The notes beneath the pieces are model-generated. The model worked only from the letters and a program-made list of their open reading frames with translations. It was not told where the DNA came from and searched no databases. This document shows positions 61,432 through 64,000 of a DNA stretch of 64,000 nt, piece by piece; the first letter of the stretch is position 1, and the number at the start of each line of letters is the position of its first letter. The position numbers and the translations under genes are program-made. Source of the stretch: Kiritimatiellia bacterium (GTDB lineage: Bacteria > Verrucomicrobiota > Kiritimatiellia > JAAZAB01); contig JAXGPF010000009.1 of the NCBI GenBank assembly GCA_040767085.1, forward strand, positions 160,001 to 224,000, given 5' to 3'.

Positions 61432-61440
61432 GCCTGCTGA

Positions 61441-62943
61441 TTAAAACAATTGTTTTATCGCCGCCAGGATTTCCTCGACCAGCATGTCGCCGCCCGCCGG
61501 ACCGACCTGGCCGTTGATTACCAGCGCGCCGTAGCCGCCATGCGCGACCGCTTGCGGCGTCGGCAGGTAGCCGCCCTGGCCGCCGGCCAGTTGCACCAGC
61601 ATCGTGCGGCGCGCGGGGCTGCGAGCCTTGATCCGCTGGCTGTATTCCAGAAACAATTCAAACGGGTTGGAAGCCAGGGCGGTTTCGCCCAGGCGCAGGC
61701 AATGCAACTCGCAGTCATAAACGGGCTGTGTTTCCTGCGTTTCCAAGCGCTTCAATACGGCTTGATTGTCATGCCAACGGACAAAATCCTCGTTTTTATT
61801 GTCATACGGACCATGTCCGCCGGCCTGCTCCCGGGCCAGGGTCCGCGCGGTAAAAGCGGCATACGCCTGCCGCAGGTCGCCGGCCAGGTCGGGATGCTCC
61901 GCCTGCAGCCGCTGGATGTTGGCCCGGGCTTGCTCGACTTCCGCTTCCGACACCCGGCGCACCGGCAAGGCCAGGGCTTTTACCGTATGCCGGAAAACCG
62001 GATGCCAGTCAATCGGCGGCGCTCCCGGCGCATCGCCCGCCGCGGCGGTAGCCGCCGGCATGACTTCCAGCACGGTGCGCGCCAGCCGCCGGGCCAGGAT
62101 CAACATGCCGGCTTCATCCCAGAAATGCGCCGGACCAACCCGGTAATTGCGCGTCAGATCGCGCGGCGACAGATCGCCCGCCGGCGCGACCTGGTACATT
62201 ACCGGCACATCCCGGCCCCAGGCCTCCCGCAGCAACCGGCGGAGTTCGCCGGCCAGATCCGCGGAAACGACCCGGCAAGCTTCCATGACCTGCGCCGGGC
62301 AGGCGGCATTCACCACCGCGCCCGTTAATTGGCGGCGCTCGTTCCACGTGAAAATCAACTCCACGCCCCCATCTTCGCCGCCTTCCATCCCGACAAAGTC
62401 GGAGCGGTCAACCGCGCCGTACATTTCCGATGAGCCATCGGCATAAACCGGCCGGCGGCAATGCCCGAGCACGGCCCACGCGAGGGCGAAGCTGACGCCG
62501 CCCCGGGCGCGCCCCTGCCAGGCGGCGGCGGCGGCTTCCGCCAGGCGCTCCACCAGCAGGCGGCGGTAGGATTCGACCGTCATGGCCCGCGCATCCGGAT
62601 TCCACCACCGGCGGAAAGCTTTGGGCGAAGGCGCCGTATGCGTATGAATGGCGCTGAGCAACAGGCGCGCGGGATCGAAATCCGGCAACAGCCCGCGCAA
62701 ACGCGCCCGGACATCGTTCTGCAGGTCGCTCGAGACCCCGACCAGGTCCACCCCCACCAGGATCGCCTGCTCCGCGCCGGCCGCACCCTTCGCCTCAATG
62801 GCCCAGGCCACCGCGGACAGCGGATCGCGCATCCGGTCCGCCAGCCTTTGATAATATTGCCCGGATAATTCCACCGGCAAGTCCGGTGTAATCTCCCGCA
62901 CCGCCCAACCCGTCAAAAAATCACGCGTATTTTCTTTTGCCAT
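61441..62943 (-). CDS. Neutral/alkaline ceramidase-like hypothetical protein
   Basis: SD AGGAG; GWAVREITP, DPLSA, SAIHTHTAP, ELFLEY, GYLPT...GGYG. Confidence 0.65.
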   Translation of the reverse strand: MAKENTRDFLTGWAVREITPDLPVELSGQYYQRLADRMRDPLSAVAWAIEAKGAAGAEQAILVGVDLVGVSSDLQNDVRARLRGLLPDFDPARLLLSAIHTHTAPSPKAFRRWWNPDARAMTVESYRRLLVERLAEAAAAAWQGRARGGVSFALAWAVLGHCRRPVYADGSSEMYGAVDRSDFVGMEGGEDGGVELIFTWNERRQLTGAVVNAACPAQVMEACRVVSADLAGELRRLLREAWGRDVPVMYQVAPAGDLSPRDLTRNYRVGPAHFWDEAGMLILARRLARTVLEVMPAATAAAGDAPGAPPIDWHPVFRHTVKALALPVRRVSEAEVEQARANIQRLQAEHPDLAGDLRQAYAAFTARTLAREQAGGHGPYDNKNEDFVRWHDNQAVLKRLETQETQPVYDCELHCLRLGETALASNPFELFLEYSQRIKARSPARRTMLVQLAGGQGGYLPTPQAVAHGGYGALVINGQVGPAGGDMLVEEILAAIKQLF

Positions 62944-63120
62944 GATGTCTCCTGTAGCAACAGCGCCGATGTAAAAAACGGCACCGTGGAATGTTATATT
63001 CAAACCCTGCGATAAAGCAAGCCGCAAAACCCGCTAAATTTTGCATTCCACTGGAAATCGCCTTGCTATTTGTCAGCCCGCATGATAAATAGCGAAGCTG
63101 TTTTTTCGGGGCGCCTATCC

Positions 63121-64000
63121 ATGCATAACCTATACCATTGGCAGAACCAAAGACAGCGGGCGGCATTCCTCGCCTTGCAGGACGGATCGCTTTTCCGGGG
63201 GTACAGCGTCGGCGCGCCGGCGGACGTGCTGGGCGAAGTGGTCTTCAATACCGGGATGACCGGCTACCAGGAAATTCTCTCCGACCCGTCATATGCCGGC
63301 CAGCTGGTGACCCTGACTTACCCGGAAATCGGCAATTACGGCCTGGCGGCGGACGACATGGAGTCGGCCCGCATGCGCGCCAACGGATTGATTTTGCACG
63401 AACTGAACGAGCCCAGCAACTGGCGCGCCGCGGATACCCTGGCCGGCGCCCTGCGCGCTGGCGGCATCCCGGCGCTGGCCGGCGTGGACACGCGCGCGCT
63501 GGCATCCCATTTACGCCGCCAGGGCACGCAGCGCGGATTCCTGTCCGTCACCGGCGCAGTCTCCGAAGCTGAAGCCGTGCACAAGGCGCAAGCCTGGGAA
63601 GGATTGGACGGCCAGGATTACGCGGCGCGGGTTACCTGCGCGGCGCCGTATACCTGGGATGCCGACGGCGCACAGAGTTCCGGCTGGGGCTGGCAGGAAC
63701 CGTTGCCGCCAGCGGATTTGAAAATCGCGGCTTACGATTTCGGCATCAAATGGAACATCCTGCGCTGCCTGAGGCGCGCCGGCATGGCGGTCACCGTGCT
63801 GCCGGCGCGGACCTCCGCCGACGCGGTGCTGGCGCTGAAGCCCGATGGCGTCCTGTTTTCCAACGGGCCGGCCGACCCGGCGGCCGTGACGTACGCCATT
63901 GAAGCGGCGCGCGCCCTGCTGGGCAAGACCCCGCTGATGGGCATTTGCCTGGGCCACCAACTGCTGGGGTTGGCGGCGGGCGGCGCCACCCGCCGGTTGA
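63121..64000 (+). CDS. carA: Carbamoyl-phosphate synthase small subunit (partial, runs off the right edge)
   Basis: Absent from the ORF track. Manual translation gives LALQDGSLFRG...GEVVFNTGMTGYQEILSDPSYAGQ...YDFGIKWNILR...SNGPADP...GICLGHQLL. Confidence 0.97.
   Translation, partial: MHNLYHWQNQRQRAAFLALQDGSLFRGYSVGAPADVLGEVVFNTGMTGYQEILSDPSYAGQLVTLTYPEIGNYGLAADDMESARMRANGLILHELNEPSNWRAADTLAGALRAGGIPALAGVDTRALASHLRRQGTQRGFLSVTGAVSEAEAVHKAQAWEGLDGQDYAARVTCAAPYTWDADGAQSSGWGWQEPLPPADLKIAAYDFGIKWNILRCLRRAGMAVTVLPARTSADAVLALKPDGVLFSNGPADPAAVTYAIEAARALLGKTPLMGICLGHQLLGLAAGGATRRL

Overview
High-GC bacterial chromosomal window. The style of rpoZ, the archaeal-type ProRS, the intergenic repeats and the LamG/CBM9-rich glycan enzymes suggest the PVC superphylum, most likely Kiritimatiellota or Lentisphaerae (inference). 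About 1-29 kb is an accessory glycan-use region: a GT39/ArnT-like membrane glycosyltransferase, a secreted beta-helix protein, a GH20, two paralogous ~1100-aa LamG+clan-GH-A+CBM9-like proteins, a putative GH, a GNAT-like protein, AraC, a LamG lipoprotein, a heparinase II/III-like protein, oxidoreductases, a URO-D-like protein, SGNH and YhcH. Most of it is bracketed by a ~670-bp direct repeat (3' half of the beta-helix gene), next to a scar of truncated ISL3 + hicB + frameshifted hicA. About 29-44 kb is mostly housekeeping (ctpA, tsaD, proS, carB, pyrG, clpB), with a MITE inserted at the overlapping tsaD/fmdB stop codons. The rest holds a solo Fe-S PD-(D/E)XK nuclease, a hybrid kinase-response regulator pair, and an E1(alpha-beta fused)/E2/E3 + MDR dehydrogenase operon. 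It ends with rpoZ, an atypical amino-acid ABC transporter (circularly permuted binding protein; ATPase with a degenerate RsbW-like tail), a sugar isomerase/kinase operon and the start of carA. I saw no rRNA, tRNA or CRISPR array. All family calls come from motif recognition by eye; no searches were run.
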